A stretch of DNA of 35,451 bases from Meiothermus sp. (GTDB lineage Bacteria; Deinococcota; Deinococci; Deinococcales; Thermaceae): contig JANRLD010000119.1 in the NCBI GenBank assembly GCA_033762915.1, positions 1 through 35,451 on the forward strand, read 5' to 3'. This document shows, one piece after another, positions 1 through 9,390 of this stretch. Numbering within the stretch: the stretch's first letter is position 1; every line of letters begins with the position of its first letter. Position numbers and translations under genes: made by a program. The notes beneath the pieces are model-generated. The model was not told the DNA's origin. It searched no databases and saw nothing but the letters and a program-made list of their open reading frames with translations.

Positions 1-99
1 ATCTGGTGGAGCGTCCACCTGTGGGCCGGGGCGGTGGTAATGGCGGGCCTGGTGGGCTGGCTGATGAGCTTTGCCTACAGCAAATCGGATTCCCTATAG
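1..99 (+). CDS. 3' end of a membrane protein gene (partial)
   Basis: Frame 1 reads IWWSVHLWAGAVVMAGLVGWLMSFAYSKSDSL* with GC-rich third positions and a hydrophobic helix. TAG at 97-99 abuts the ccdA stop (convergent genes, 6-nt overlap). Confidence 0.6.
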   Translation: MWWSVHLWAGAVVMAGLVGWLMSFAYSKSDSL

Positions 100-780
100 C
101 CGCTCGAGCAGCCACTGCGGGGTTAGCCGCAGGAAAAAGCCGTTCATCACCGTGAACTGCCCGGTGGCCATCAGAAACCCGATCACCAACATGGCGGCCC
201 CGGCGAAACGCTCGAGAAGGGCGGCATAGCGTTTGACCTGGCGTAAGAGCAAGGTGGCCCTATCAGCCAGCAGGGCCACCAGCAGGAAGGGAACTGCCAG
301 ACCCGTGATGTAGGCCAATAGGAAGGGGAAGCCTGCGCCGCTGGCGGTGAGGGTCAGAATGCCCCCCAGGATGGGGCCGATGCAGGGAGTCCAGCTCACC
401 CCGATGGCCAGACCCAGCAAGAAAGCTCCCCAGGGTCTGGAGGCATCGCCCTGGTAGCGCAGGTTGAGTCGGTGGGTCAGGTGGACAAAGAAGGCCGGGC
501 GCAGGCCCAACAGGTATAGCCCGAACAGCACCATCGCCACCCCACCGACTTGGCCCAGAATGCGGCGGTTTTCCAGCAGCAGGCTGCCCAGGATCGTAAA
601 AGGCAGACCCAACAGCAAAAACACCAGCGAAAAGCCCAGCACAAAGAAGACCGCGTTAAACATCGGGCGGCCCCGCTCCCCGCCCAAGTAGAGCAGATAA
701 GTGGGCACCAGCGGCAGCACGCAGGGCGATAGGAAGGAGAGCAGACCCGCGAAGAGGGCGGCTTCCAGCGAGAGGGTCAT
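94..780 (-). CDS. ccdA: Cytochrome c biogenesis protein CcdA (DsbD transmembrane domain)
   Basis: SFLSPCVLPLVP and WTPCIGPILG redox-Cys motifs, about 6 TM helices. Confidence 0.93.
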   Translation of the reverse strand: MTLSLEAALFAGLLSFLSPCVLPLVPTYLLYLGGERGRPMFNAVFFVLGFSLVFLLLGLPFTILGSLLLENRRILGQVGGVAMVLFGLYLLGLRPAFFVHLTHRLNLRYQGDASRPWGAFLLGLAIGVSWTPCIGPILGGILTLTASGAGFPFLLAYITGLAVPFLLVALLADRATLLLRQVKRYAALLERFAGAAMLVIGFLMATGQFTVMNGFFLRLTPQWLLERL

Positions 781-792
781 GGAGCTAGTCTA
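781..792 (-). promoter_or_regulatory. Leaderless -10 element for ccdA
   Basis: TAGACT, then 6 nt, then ATG; no SD sequence. Confidence 0.6.
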
Positions 793-985
793 GACCGCCG
801 ACCCCGAGACTTCCAGCGACATCACCCGCCGCACAGCCCGCAAAACCTTTGCAATACGGACGGCTGTCCATCCCAAGTGAGGTGGCCTGAACAACCCCAC
901 AGTCTAAGGCGGGGCCGAAAAGGCGGCGATAATTGTGCCGCCCGGCGCAGACCCTCACCACACAAGAACATTCGTCCCGGACAGG

Positions 986-1020
986 CTTTATACAAGCTTT
1001 ACAATACCCCTGTAGGGTAT
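986..1020 (+). promoter_or_regulatory. Tandem direct-repeat box, TG-TAGGGT -10 and overlapping CsoR-like inverted repeat
   Basis: CTTTATA-CAAG-CTTTACA (986-1003), 9 nt, TAGGGT (1013-1018); ATACCC-CTGTA-GGGTAT (1004-1020). Confidence 0.6.
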
Positions 1021-1035
1021 ATTTGGAGGTGGACA

Positions 1036-1272
1036 ATGGGTTGGAATCCATACGGATTTGGTTACGGCATGATGGGCGGCTGGGGCTGGCTGGGTATGCT
1101 GCTCGAGCTGGTCGTACTGACGCTGTTGGTTTACCTGCTGGTCAGGCTCTTTTGGCGTAACTCCCCCGGCGAGGGGCCGGATCGCGCCTCGGACATCCTG
1201 CGCGAACGCTTGGCCAGGGGCGAGATTGACCAAGAGACCTTCGAGCGCATGAGGCGCGAGTTGAAGGGGTGA
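1036..1272 (+). CDS. SHOCT-domain membrane protein with Gly/Met-rich N-terminus
   Basis: GGAGG RBS at 1025; MGWNPYGFGYGMMGGWG, one TM helix, ILRERLARGEIDQETFERMR SHOCT motif. Start moved from 877. Confidence 0.85.
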   Translation: MGWNPYGFGYGMMGGWGWLGMLLELVVLTLLVYLLVRLFWRNSPGEGPDRASDILRERLARGEIDQETFERMRRELKG

Positions 1273-1284
1273 GTGGAGGCGGTT

Positions 1285-1971
1285 ATGAAACGCGGGATGC
1301 TGTGGTTGGGAGTCGCAGGTTTGCTGGTGCTGGGAGTGGCCTTTACCCAGAGCAACTGGGGTTATGGTGGCATGATGGGGGCCGGCGGACAAGGCTTTGG
1401 CATGACGGGTCAGGGCATGATGGGCGGTGGTATGGGCATGATGGCGGTGTATCCCGCTCAGGCCCAGCCCATCGCCAAAGCGGAGGCCAAGACACGCCTC
1501 GAGACCTACGCCAAGCGCTTTGGCGCGGATGCCCGGCTCAAGGACTTCATGGCCTTTAGCCAGAACTATTACGCCCAAGTGGTGGATGCCAAGGGCAACG
1601 GGCTGACCGAAATCCTAGCTGACCGCTACACAGGCAACGTCTACCCCGAACACGGCCCCAACATGATGTGGGGTACGCGATCGGGAATGGCCTATGGGGG
1701 GATGGGGCGGGGGATGATGGGTGGCCCCGGTATGATGCGTAACCCTACCACAGCCCCTGCCGAGCAATACGACCTTGCCCGCGCCCAACGGTTGGCCGAG
1801 CAGTTTCTGCGGGGCTACTTGCCGGGGGCCAAGGTGTTGGAGGCTCAGACCTTCCCTGGCTATTACACCTTCGACTATGGCCGTAAGGAACTCGAGGGGA
1901 TGCTCTCGGTGAGCGCCTACAGCGGCGAGGTCTGGGTGCATACCTGGCACGGGGTCTTCCTTGGCGAGTGA
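1285..1971 (+). CDS. Exported Met/Gly-rich protein, probable metal-binding, PepSY-like repeats
   Basis: GGAGG RBS; signal peptide MKRGMLWLG...VAFT; two GMMG-rich tracts; two similar modules ending DRYTGNVY and SAYSGEVW. Confidence 0.75.
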   Translation: MKRGMLWLGVAGLLVLGVAFTQSNWGYGGMMGAGGQGFGMTGQGMMGGGMGMMAVYPAQAQPIAKAEAKTRLETYAKRFGADARLKDFMAFSQNYYAQVVDAKGNGLTEILADRYTGNVYPEHGPNMMWGTRSGMAYGGMGRGMMGGPGMMRNPTTAPAEQYDLARAQRLAEQFLRGYLPGAKVLEAQTFPGYYTFDYGRKELEGMLSVSAYSGEVWVHTWHGVFLGE

Positions 1972-1990
1972 GGTCGAAAGCCAACGTCAC

Positions 1991-2018
1991 AGGCCGGGGT
2001 GAAACCCGGCCTTGTTTT
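1991..2018 (+). terminator. Rho-independent terminator
   Basis: AGGCCGGG-GTGAAA-CCCGGCCT followed by TGTTTT. Confidence 0.75.
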
Positions 2019-2046
2019 GCTGCCCCGCGCCGCAGGGTCAGGCGGG

Positions 2047-2079
2047 CTTTACAAGAACTTAATAGCAGTTTGGGACACT
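2047..2079 (+). promoter_or_regulatory. Tandem box and -10-like hexamer upstream of the multicopper oxidase
   Basis: CTTTACAAGAACTTAATA (2047-2064), 9 nt, GACACT. Confidence 0.6.
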
Positions 2080-2088
2080 AATCGGGAT

Positions 2089-3642
2089 ATGAATACTATC
2101 AGCCGTAGGCAGTTCGTCCAGGGAGGCACGGTCGGTTTGGCCAGCCTCTATGTCGCCTTACAGTTGCCTGGCTTGGCCCAAGCCAGCCCTTTCCCCAACC
2201 CCAAACCGCTCCCCCTGCGCCGCCCCGAGGCTGGGCTGGTCGAGGCCGAGGTCGCGGCCAGGGTGAGCAACATGACCGTGAACGGCAGACCCGTGCGGTT
2301 GCTGACCTACGGCGGCCTTCCCGGCCCCACCCTGCGCGTCCGCGAGGGCGACACCGTGCGGCTCAACTTCACCAACAACCTGCCCGAGGTCACCAACCTG
2401 CACCTGCACGGATTGCACGTCTCGCCCAGTGTGGACGACCCCCTGGCGGAGGTTCAGCCGGGCGAGAGCCGGATGTACGAGTTCACCCTGCCTAAGGGTT
2501 CGGCGGGCACCTTCTGGTATCACCCCCACATCCACGGTAAGGTGGCCGAGCAACTATTTGCGGGCTTGGCCGGTTTCTTGATTGTGGATGGGCCGCCCGA
2601 CTCGATGCCTGAACTGGCCGAGGCCGAGGAGCAACTGCTGGTGCTCAAGGACTGGGCCTTCGCGGGCGGTGCGGTGGCCCCCTTCACCATGATGGACTGG
2701 ATGAACGGTAAGGAAGGCAGCCTGGTCACGGTCAACGCCGCCCTACGCCCCACCCTCCGCGCCCAAAAAGCTACCCAGCGGCTGCGGGTGGTCAATGCCA
2801 GCAACGCCCGCTACTATCGGCTGGCCTTGGAGGGCCACCCCCTTTACCTGATCGGAACCGATGGGGGTTTTCTGGAGAAACCCGTTGAACTCACTGAACT
2901 ACTCTTGGCCCCCGGCGAGCGGGCCGACCTGCTGGTGCGCCTGACCCGTTCGGGCAGCTACCGCCTGCAAGCCCTGCCCTACGACCGAGGCGCGATGATG
3001 ATGCACGGCGGCATGGGGGGCATGGGCGGAATGGGTGGGACGACCAACAACCAAGGCATGGGTGGAATGAACATGGGGGGGCAAAACAACCCCGGCGGAA
3101 CCGCGATGGGCGATCAGAACATGGCCGGGATGCAGGGGATGATGATGGGAATGGGGGCCAGTCGCCTCGAGACCCTCCTGACCATCGTGGCCCCCGCCAA
3201 CCCCAGACCGCTGCCGCTGCCCAGCGGGTTCGGGACGATAGAGCGGCTGAACCCGGCCCAGGCCGCCGCCACTCGGCGCATCGAGTTCGGTGAGCGGATG
3301 ATGCAGGCCGAGTTTTTCTTCAACAAGCTGATGTTTGATATGAACCGGGTAGACATCGCCGCCAAGTTGGGGACGCTGGAGGTCTGGGAGTTGGTCAACA
3401 AGACCGATATGGATCACCCCTTCCATCTGCACACCTACCCCTTCCAGGTCTTGAGCCGCAACGGCAAGGCCCCCGCCTACCGGGCCTGGAGGGATGTAGT
3501 CAACCTCAAGAAGGACGAGGTAGTGCGTATCGCGATGCCGTTCAGGGACTTTGAGGGGATCACCGTCTACCACTGCCACATCGTCGAACACGAAGACCGG
3601 GGCATGATGGGCGTGCTCAAGGTTGAGGGGTCTCAGTCCTGA
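2089..3642 (+). CDS. Tat-exported multicopper oxidase (CueO/McoA-like) with Met-rich loop
   Basis: SRRQFV Tat motif; HLHG, WYHPH, HPFHLH, HCHIVEHEDRGMM Cu ligands; long Met/Gly insertion. Start moved to MNTISRR. Confidence 0.95.
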   Translation: MNTISRRQFVQGGTVGLASLYVALQLPGLAQASPFPNPKPLPLRRPEAGLVEAEVAARVSNMTVNGRPVRLLTYGGLPGPTLRVREGDTVRLNFTNNLPEVTNLHLHGLHVSPSVDDPLAEVQPGESRMYEFTLPKGSAGTFWYHPHIHGKVAEQLFAGLAGFLIVDGPPDSMPELAEAEEQLLVLKDWAFAGGAVAPFTMMDWMNGKEGSLVTVNAALRPTLRAQKATQRLRVVNASNARYYRLALEGHPLYLIGTDGGFLEKPVELTELLLAPGERADLLVRLTRSGSYRLQALPYDRGAMMMHGGMGGMGGMGGTTNNQGMGGMNMGGQNNPGGTAMGDQNMAGMQGMMMGMGASRLETLLTIVAPANPRPLPLPSGFGTIERLNPAQAAATRRIEFGERMMQAEFFFNKLMFDMNRVDIAAKLGTLEVWELVNKTDMDHPFHLHTYPFQVLSRNGKAPAYRAWRDVVNLKKDEVVRIAMPFRDFEGITVYHCHIVEHEDRGMMGVLKVEGSQS

Positions 3643-3685
3643 ATAGCCAATACAGAATCCTGAACGAAGATTTGTAATTTAGGTC

Positions 3686-3715
3686 TTGCCCACCCCTCCT
3701 GGGGTGGGTTATACT
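3686..3715 (+). promoter_or_regulatory. Sigma70-type promoter with CsoR-type operator in the spacer
   Basis: TTGCCC-18nt-TATACT; perfect inverted repeat CCCACCCC-TCCT-GGGGTGGG (3689-3708). Confidence 0.8.
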
Positions 3716-3755
3716 ATCAGAGCAAAGCTGGAGCACCAGCGACCGGAGGTACTAC

Positions 3756-6245
3756 ATGCAGGCTACAGCAGACACGGCGATTCTCGAAGTCGCCCTCAAG
3801 GACTGCTACAACGGAACCGAGCAGGCCGGGCTCGAAGACTTCCTGAGGGGCTTACCCGGCGTGGGCGCGGTTCACCTGGACCGCAGCCGGGCGGTAGCCC
3901 ACCTCACTTACGACCCAGCCCAAACCAGCCCGGACACCCTGCACCAAGCCATAAAGCGGGCGGGGTACGACTGCACCGAGAGCGCACACGACGCATCCTG
4001 CTGCCAGCCGGGCCACCCCAAGGTCGCCAGCAACGACGTGCCCGGTGACCACAATCATCGAGACCATACAGCTCAGGTGAATCATAGCCAGACGGCGACC
4101 GCCCCCGGTGTGCCCGGTGTGGTGGATCATGCCGCGATGGGCCACGGCCACAGCATGGTTCCACAAGACCACGCTGTGATGGGCCACGCCTCAGTCAAGC
4201 CCTTGACCCCCGCCGAACACCGGGGTAAGGGCCACGACGAGCACGCGGCGATGGGTCATGCGGACGAGCACGCGGGCCACGGAACCCCCGACGACATGCT
4301 GCGGCGCTTCATCATCTCGGCGGTGCTGACCCTGCCGGTGGTCATTTTCTCACCCATCGGGGCCATCCTCGGCTTCCCGGAGATGCCGCCTTTCGGGATC
4401 TCAATGGGGCTGTGGGGCTTCGCACTGGGCACCCCAGTGGTGCTGTGGGGCGGTTGGCCCTTCATCAGCGCGGCCTGGCGGGCGCTGAGGCGGGGCGAGG
4501 TCAACATGATGACCCTGATCGCCTTGGGCATCTTGGTGGCCTACATCTACTCCCTGGCAGCCACCTTCGTGTTTCCCGGCGATGTCTTCTACGAGGCCGC
4601 TGCCATGCTCACCACCCTCAGCCTGCTGGGCCACTGGCTCGAGATGCGTGCCCGCTTTGCCACCGGGCGGGCGGTGGAGGCGCTGCTAAAGCTGGCCCCC
4701 GCCACCGCCAGGGTTAAGCGCGACGGGCAAGAGGTGGAACTCCCGCTCGAGCAGGTGGTGGTGGGAGACGAGATCATCGTCAAACCCGGAGACCGCCTGC
4801 CGGTGGACGGAACCGTGACCTCGGGCCAGAGCTACGTGGACGAGAGCATGATCAGCGGCGAGCCGATCCCGGTGGCCAAGGAGCCAGGGGCCAAAGTGAT
4901 CGGCGGAACCGTCAACCAAAACGGGAGCTTCAATTTCAAGGCCACCGCCGTCGGGGCCGACACCGCCCTGTCGCGCATCGTGCAGATGGTCAAAAACGCC
5001 CAAGCCTCCAAGGCCCCGGCCCAGCGCCTGGCCGACCAGGCCGGGAAGGTGTTGGTGTATGTGGCCCTCTCGGCGGGCTTGCTGACCTTCCTCTATTGGA
5101 CGCTGTTCACCGACCAGCCGCTGGTCTTCGCCATCACGGTGGCGGTCTCGACCATCGTGATCGCCTGCCCCGACGCGCTGGCCCTGGCCACCCCGACAGC
5201 CATCACCGTGGGGGTGGGCAAAGCGGCCCGCGAAGGGGTGCTGTTCAAGAATGCCACCGCCCTGGAGCTTACTGCGGGCGTTGACACGGTGGTCTTCGAC
5301 AAGACCGGGACCCTCACCGAAGGCAAGCCCCGCTTGACCGATCTAAGGCCCTACGGAGGGTTCATTGAGGCCGATCTACTGCGGCTGGCCGCCTCGGCAG
5401 ACCAGCCGTCTCAGCACCCGCTGGCCGAGGCCATTGTGGGCGCGGCGCGAGAGCGGGGGCTTGTCCTAGGCGAAGCGCAGAATTTCGTCTCCGTACCCGG
5501 TCAGGGAATTCGGGCGACCGTGGAGGGCCGGGAGGTTTTGATCGGCAACCGTCGACTGATGGATGCCACTGAGGTAAATGTCGGGGAACTGGAATACACG
5601 GTAACCCAGCTCGCTGCCGACGGCAAGACCGCGATGTTCATCGCCGTGGACGGGAGGGCCGCCGGGGTGGTTGCTGTAGCTGACGCAGTACGCCAGTCGG
5701 CACTCCAAGCAGTGGCCGACCTAAAGGCGATGGGCATCGAACCGATCATGCTTACCGGAGACAACGCTCGCACCGCTCGAGCGGTCGGGGTTCAACTGGG
5801 CATCTCCAAGGTCATCGCCGATGTGCTGCCGGAGGACAAGGCCAGCAAAGTCGCCGAGTTGCAGGCCTCGGGCAAGAAGGTGGCAATGGTAGGGGACGGG
5901 GTCAACGACGCGCCCGCCCTGGCCAAGGCCGAGGTGGGCATCGCCATCGGCGCGGGAACCGACGTGGCGGTGGAGACCGCCGGGGTGGTGCTGGTCAAGA
6001 ACAACCCGGCAGACGTGCCCCGCAGCATCCGACTGGCCAGGGCGGTGCGGGGGAAGATCAAGCAGAACCTGTTCTGGGCGGCGATCTACAACATCGTAGC
6101 CCTGCCCGTCGCCGCCGGAGCGCTCTACTACAGCCTGGGCATCCTGCTCAAGCCAGAGTTTGCCGCGCTGGCGATGAGTGCTTCGACCATCACGGTGACT
6201 TTTAACGCCCTCCTGCTAAACCGGGTGAGCTTTACAAAATCTTAA
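3756..6245 (+). CDS. Heavy-metal P1B-type ATPase, CopB-like with His-rich N-terminus and CPD motif
   Basis: [28 protein letters not shown] in the CPx helix; YN and MSAST motifs; His/Met-rich linker; degenerate HMA-like N-terminal domain. Confidence 0.92.
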   Translation: MQATADTAILEVALKDCYNGTEQAGLEDFLRGLPGVGAVHLDRSRAVAHLTYDPAQTSPDTLHQAIKRAGYDCTESAHDASCCQPGHPKVASNDVPGDHNHRDHTAQVNHSQTATAPGVPGVVDHAAMGHGHSMVPQDHAVMGHASVKPLTPAEHRGKGHDEHAAMGHADEHAGHGTPDDMLRRFIISAVLTLPVVIFSPIGAILGFPEMPPFGISMGLWGFALGTPVVLWGGWPFISAAWRALRRGEVNMMTLIALGILVAYIYSLAATFVFPGDVFYEAAAMLTTLSLLGHWLEMRARFATGRAVEALLKLAPATARVKRDGQEVELPLEQVVVGDEIIVKPGDRLPVDGTVTSGQSYVDESMISGEPIPVAKEPGAKVIGGTVNQNGSFNFKATAVGADTALSRIVQMVKNAQASKAPAQRLADQAGKVLVYVALSAGLLTFLYWTLFTDQPLVFAITVAVSTIVIACPDALALATPTAITVGVGKAAREGVLFKNATALELTAGVDTVVFDKTGTLTEGKPRLTDLRPYGGFIEADLLRLAASADQPSQHPLAEAIVGAARERGLVLGEAQNFVSVPGQGIRATVEGREVLIGNRRLMDATEVNVGELEYTVTQLAADGKTAMFIAVDGRAAGVVAVADAVRQSALQAVADLKAMGIEPIMLTGDNARTARAVGVQLGISKVIADVLPEDKASKVAELQASGKKVAMVGDGVNDAPALAKAEVGIAIGAGTDVAVETAGVVLVKNNPADVPRSIRLARAVRGKIKQNLFWAAIYNIVALPVAAGALYYSLGILLKPEFAALAMSASTITVTFNALLLNRVSFTKS

Positions 6246-6268
6246 CAAGACTTAGATAAAACTTGTAC
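6230..6268 (+). promoter_or_regulatory. Four phased CTT(T/A/G)-type half-sites upstream of the DUF305 gene
   Basis: CTTTACA (6230), CTTAACA (6241), CTTAGAT (6251), CTTGTAC (6262); 10-11 bp period; overlaps the ATPase stop. Confidence 0.5.
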
Positions 6269-6283
6269 ATGGAGGCAAGGAAC

Positions 6284-6871
6284 GTGCGGATACTCTTCAG
6301 CTTAATCACCGTCCTGGGCTTGACTTGGGCACAGATGGATCACAGCAACATGCAGATGGGCGGGATGGGGATGACCGCGATGACCGAGCTGAACAAGCTC
6401 TCCGGGCGCAACTATGACATCGCCTACATGTCCATGATGATCGAGCACCACAAAGGCGCGGTGGAGATGGCCCAGGCCGCCCTCAAAGCCTCCAAGGACG
6501 GGCGCATCCTCAAGGCCGCCCGTGACATCGTGGCCGTGCAGAACCGCGAGATCGCCCAGCTCACCGGCTGGCTGCGCTCCTGGTACGCGGTGGCCCCCAG
6601 CCAGCGCTACATGACCATGATGCGCTCGGACATGAAGCCCATGATGGACACCGCCATGCAGGGCATGACCCCGATGGCCGGGATGGCCATGCCCGTTGAC
6701 CGTAGCTTCCTCGAGGGCATGATCCCCCACCACCAGGAGGCCGTAGAAATGTCTCAGGGTTGTCTGCAAAAAGCCGCCAGGGCCGAACTCAAGACCTTCT
6801 GCCGCGAAGTGATTCGGGTGCAGAAGGCCGAGATCGCCCAGTACCAGGCTTGGCTCAAGACCATCAAGTAA
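6284..6871 (+). CDS. DUF305 (CopM-like) exported metal-binding protein
   Basis: GGAGG RBS then GTG; signal peptide; MIEHHKGAVEMA and MIPHHQEAVEMS double-His motifs; Met-rich. Confidence 0.9.
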   Translation: MRILFSLITVLGLTWAQMDHSNMQMGGMGMTAMTELNKLSGRNYDIAYMSMMIEHHKGAVEMAQAALKASKDGRILKAARDIVAVQNREIAQLTGWLRSWYAVAPSQRYMTMMRSDMKPMMDTAMQGMTPMAGMAMPVDRSFLEGMIPHHQEAVEMSQGCLQKAARAELKTFCREVIRVQKAEIAQYQAWLKTIK

Positions 6872-6947
6872 ATCGCCCCAGAGTTTGAGGATTTGTCCAA
6901 GGCCCCACCAGAGCACTGGCCGGGGCCTTGTGTTTAGCGGAGGGAAA

Positions 6948-7667
6948 ATGCGCGTAGGTTCTGCCCAAGGCTTCCAGGGGGTTGTGCTCAAGCATCTGGC
7001 GGTGGGGTCGTTGGCCGGAGTGCTGACGGTCTTGTTTGTCACCAGCCGCCCGGAGTGGTCGTTTGACCACCGCATCTGGCGGGCCACCGGAGATGCCAGC
7101 TTGATGCTGCTCTACGCCGCCTTGCTGGCCGGGCCGCTGGCCCAGTTCTGGCCCAGGCTCGCGGCCCCGCTGGTCAAGTACCGCCGGGAACTGGGCATTT
7201 GGTTTGGCCTGCTGGCCCTGCTGCACACCGTGCTGATCCTCAACGACTGGGTGCGCTGGGACGTGATGCGCTTTCTGGGCTACGAGTTCGTGCCCGAACT
7301 GGGGCGCTTGGCGCGGATGGAGCCGGGTTTCGGCCTGGCCAACCTGATGGGGCTGGTGGCCGTGCTGATCTCGTTGGCGCTGCTGGCCAGCAGCAGCGAC
7401 TGGGCCGTCCGCAGGCTGGGGGCCTCGGCCTGGAAATTCTTGCAGTACAGCTCCTACACCGTCTTCTACCTCTCGGCGCTGCACAGCGCCTACTTCCTCT
7501 TCATGCAGTTCACCCAGCACTTCCACAAGAACGTCCCCGACTTCAACTGGTTCCGCTACCCCTTCCTGATCTTGACCCTGGTGCTGATCGGGTTTCAGGT
7601 CGCGGCCTTCTTCCGGTCAGTCTCCAAGGAGCAAGCCCGCGAGGGTCGGCGCTCGAGCCGGATATGA
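6948..7667 (+). CDS. MsrQ/YedZ-like heme-binding ferric-reductase transmembrane protein
   Basis: GGAGG RBS; YRRELGIWFGLLALLH, LASSSDWAVRRLG..WKFLQ..Y...LH motifs. Confidence 0.85.
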   Translation: MRVGSAQGFQGVVLKHLAVGSLAGVLTVLFVTSRPEWSFDHRIWRATGDASLMLLYAALLAGPLAQFWPRLAAPLVKYRRELGIWFGLLALLHTVLILNDWVRWDVMRFLGYEFVPELGRLARMEPGFGLANLMGLVAVLISLALLASSSDWAVRRLGASAWKFLQYSSYTVFYLSALHSAYFLFMQFTQHFHKNVPDFNWFRYPFLILTLVLIGFQVAAFFRSVSKEQAREGRRSSRI

Positions 7668-7680
7668 GCCAGCATTCAAC

Positions 7681-7713
7681 CTTTACAAAAACTTAATACT
7701 TCTCTGAAAACCT
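7681..7713 (+). promoter_or_regulatory. Tandem box and -10-like hexamer upstream of the ABC operon
   Basis: CTTTACAAAAACTTAATA (7681-7698), 9 nt, AAACCT. Confidence 0.55.
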
Positions 7714-7801
7714 ATCCCAACCCTAAGCCCGTGCAAGTGTTCCCGAAAAGTAAGGGAATGTCACGGGTTTGTAGGTATGTTCCGAGCCTTCGAGGAGAGC
7801 T

Positions 7802-9388
7802 ATGAGAAAAAAGTGGTTATGGGTGGCATCGGTCGTGATCGCTCTGGCAGGAGTGGCCTCCGCGGGCCACACCGGAAAGCGGATTGTGCTGGCGATACCC
7901 CAGGACGAGGGCGAACTCACCCCCTACACCTATGTGACCGGATACCCCGGCTACAACATGCTCTCGCTGGTCTTTGACACCCTGATGCTCAACGACCTCA
8001 ACGATGTGCCCCGCCCCTGGCTGGCCGAGAACGTCAGCAGCGCCAACGGCGGGCGGCAGTGGACGGTCAGGCTGCGCGAGGGCGCGGTCTGGCACGACGG
8101 CAAGCCGATCACCAGCGCCGACGTGAAGTTCTCCTACGAGTTTTACAAGAAATATCCCCTGGTGGGCCGCTTCGCCACGGCGGTGCGGGGCATCTCGGAG
8201 ATCCGCACTCCCGATGTCCGCACGGTGGTACTGACCCTGCCGCGCCCCGAGGCCAACTTCCAGTTGGTCACCCTGGGCGACGTACCGATCCTGCCGCAGC
8301 ACCTCTGGCAGGGCGTGACCGACCCCCGCAACTTCAAAAACTCCACCGGCAGCGGCCCCTACAAGCTGGTCGAGCGCCGCCCCGACCAGACCTACCGCCT
8401 GGTGGAAAACCCCGACTACTTCGGGGGCAAGCCCGGTGCCGACGAGGTGATCCTGACCATCATCAAAGATGCCACCTCGACCTTCCAGGCCCTCCAGGCC
8501 GGGCAGATCAGCGCTACCAGCCGCGAGGTGCTGCCGGAGCTGATCAAGACCTTTAGCGACAACTCCCGGCTCAAGGTGGTGCGCGGCCCCGGCTACGCCA
8601 GCACCCTGTTCCAGTTCAACACCACCCTCGCCCCCTTCGACAAGCCCCTCTTTCGCCAGACGGTAGCCGGGCTGATTGACACTAAGGTGCTGGTGGACAC
8701 CATCTTGCTGGGCAACGGCACGCTGGGCAACGCCGGGTTCGTCCACCCCCAGTCGCCCTTCTACAGCGCCAGCACCCGCGCCTACAAACGCCTGAGTGCC
8801 GCCGAGGCAGGAAAGAACCTGGACTCCCTGGGCTACCGGGCCGGGCCGGACGGGGTGCGGGCTAACGCCCAGGGCAAGAAACTCGAGTTCACCCTCCAGG
8901 TGCAGTCCAACAACCCCCTGCGCATCCGCGCCGCCGAGCTGATCGCCCAGCAGGTGCGCCCGGCGGGCATCGTGTTCAACATCCGCTCGCTGGATGCCAC
9001 CACCGTGCAGCAGGCGGTCTGGCCGGACTTCGACGTGGCCAAGGGGCGCAACTTCGAGCTGGCGATGTGGGGCTGGTCGGCCCCGGTGACCTCACAACTC
9101 AACCTGCGCGGCCTCTTCGCCTCCAACCCCACCGCCGGGACGCTCAACATCGGCGGCTACAGTAACCCCACCATCGACACCCTCACCGAGCGCATGCTGA
9201 CCACGGTAGACCTGGATCAGCGCAAGAGCCTGGCCGCTCAGGTGCAGACCATCGTGGCCAGCGACCTGCCCTTCATCACCCTGTGGTACGCCGACGGGGT
9301 GTACGCCTACCGCCCCGAGGCCTACGATGGCTGGAAGTTCCAGAAGGGCCAAGGCATCATCAACAAGCGCTCCTTCGTGCAGGAATAG
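7802..9388 (+). CDS. ABC transporter substrate-binding protein, family 5 (peptide/nickel type)
   Basis: GAGGAG RBS; signal peptide ending ASA; PWLAE...LREGAVWHDGKPITSADVKFS; GSGPYKL. Confidence 0.92.
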   Translation: MRKKWLWVASVVIALAGVASAGHTGKRIVLAIPQDEGELTPYTYVTGYPGYNMLSLVFDTLMLNDLNDVPRPWLAENVSSANGGRQWTVRLREGAVWHDGKPITSADVKFSYEFYKKYPLVGRFATAVRGISEIRTPDVRTVVLTLPRPEANFQLVTLGDVPILPQHLWQGVTDPRNFKNSTGSGPYKLVERRPDQTYRLVENPDYFGGKPGADEVILTIIKDATSTFQALQAGQISATSREVLPELIKTFSDNSRLKVVRGPGYASTLFQFNTTLAPFDKPLFRQTVAGLIDTKVLVDTILLGNGTLGNAGFVHPQSPFYSASTRAYKRLSAAEAGKNLDSLGYRAGPDGVRANAQGKKLEFTLQVQSNNPLRIRAAELIAQQVRPAGIVFNIRSLDATTVQQAVWPDFDVAKGRNFELAMWGWSAPVTSQLNLRGLFASNPTAGTLNIGGYSNPTIDTLTERMLTTVDLDQRKSLAAQVQTIVASDLPFITLWYADGVYAYRPEAYDGWKFQKGQGIINKRSFVQE

Positions 9389-9390
9389 CG

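Noticed and set aside
793..985. Intergenic region with a small hairpin (GGCGGC...GCCGCC near 922-942) as a possible ncRNA
   Set aside because: A single short GC stem with no recognisable RNA family features
2995..3160. ATGGGC/ATGGGG-type short repeats resembling an array
   Set aside because: They encode the Met/Gly loop of the oxidase; no constant repeat-spacer structure. No CRISPR array was seen anywhere in the window.
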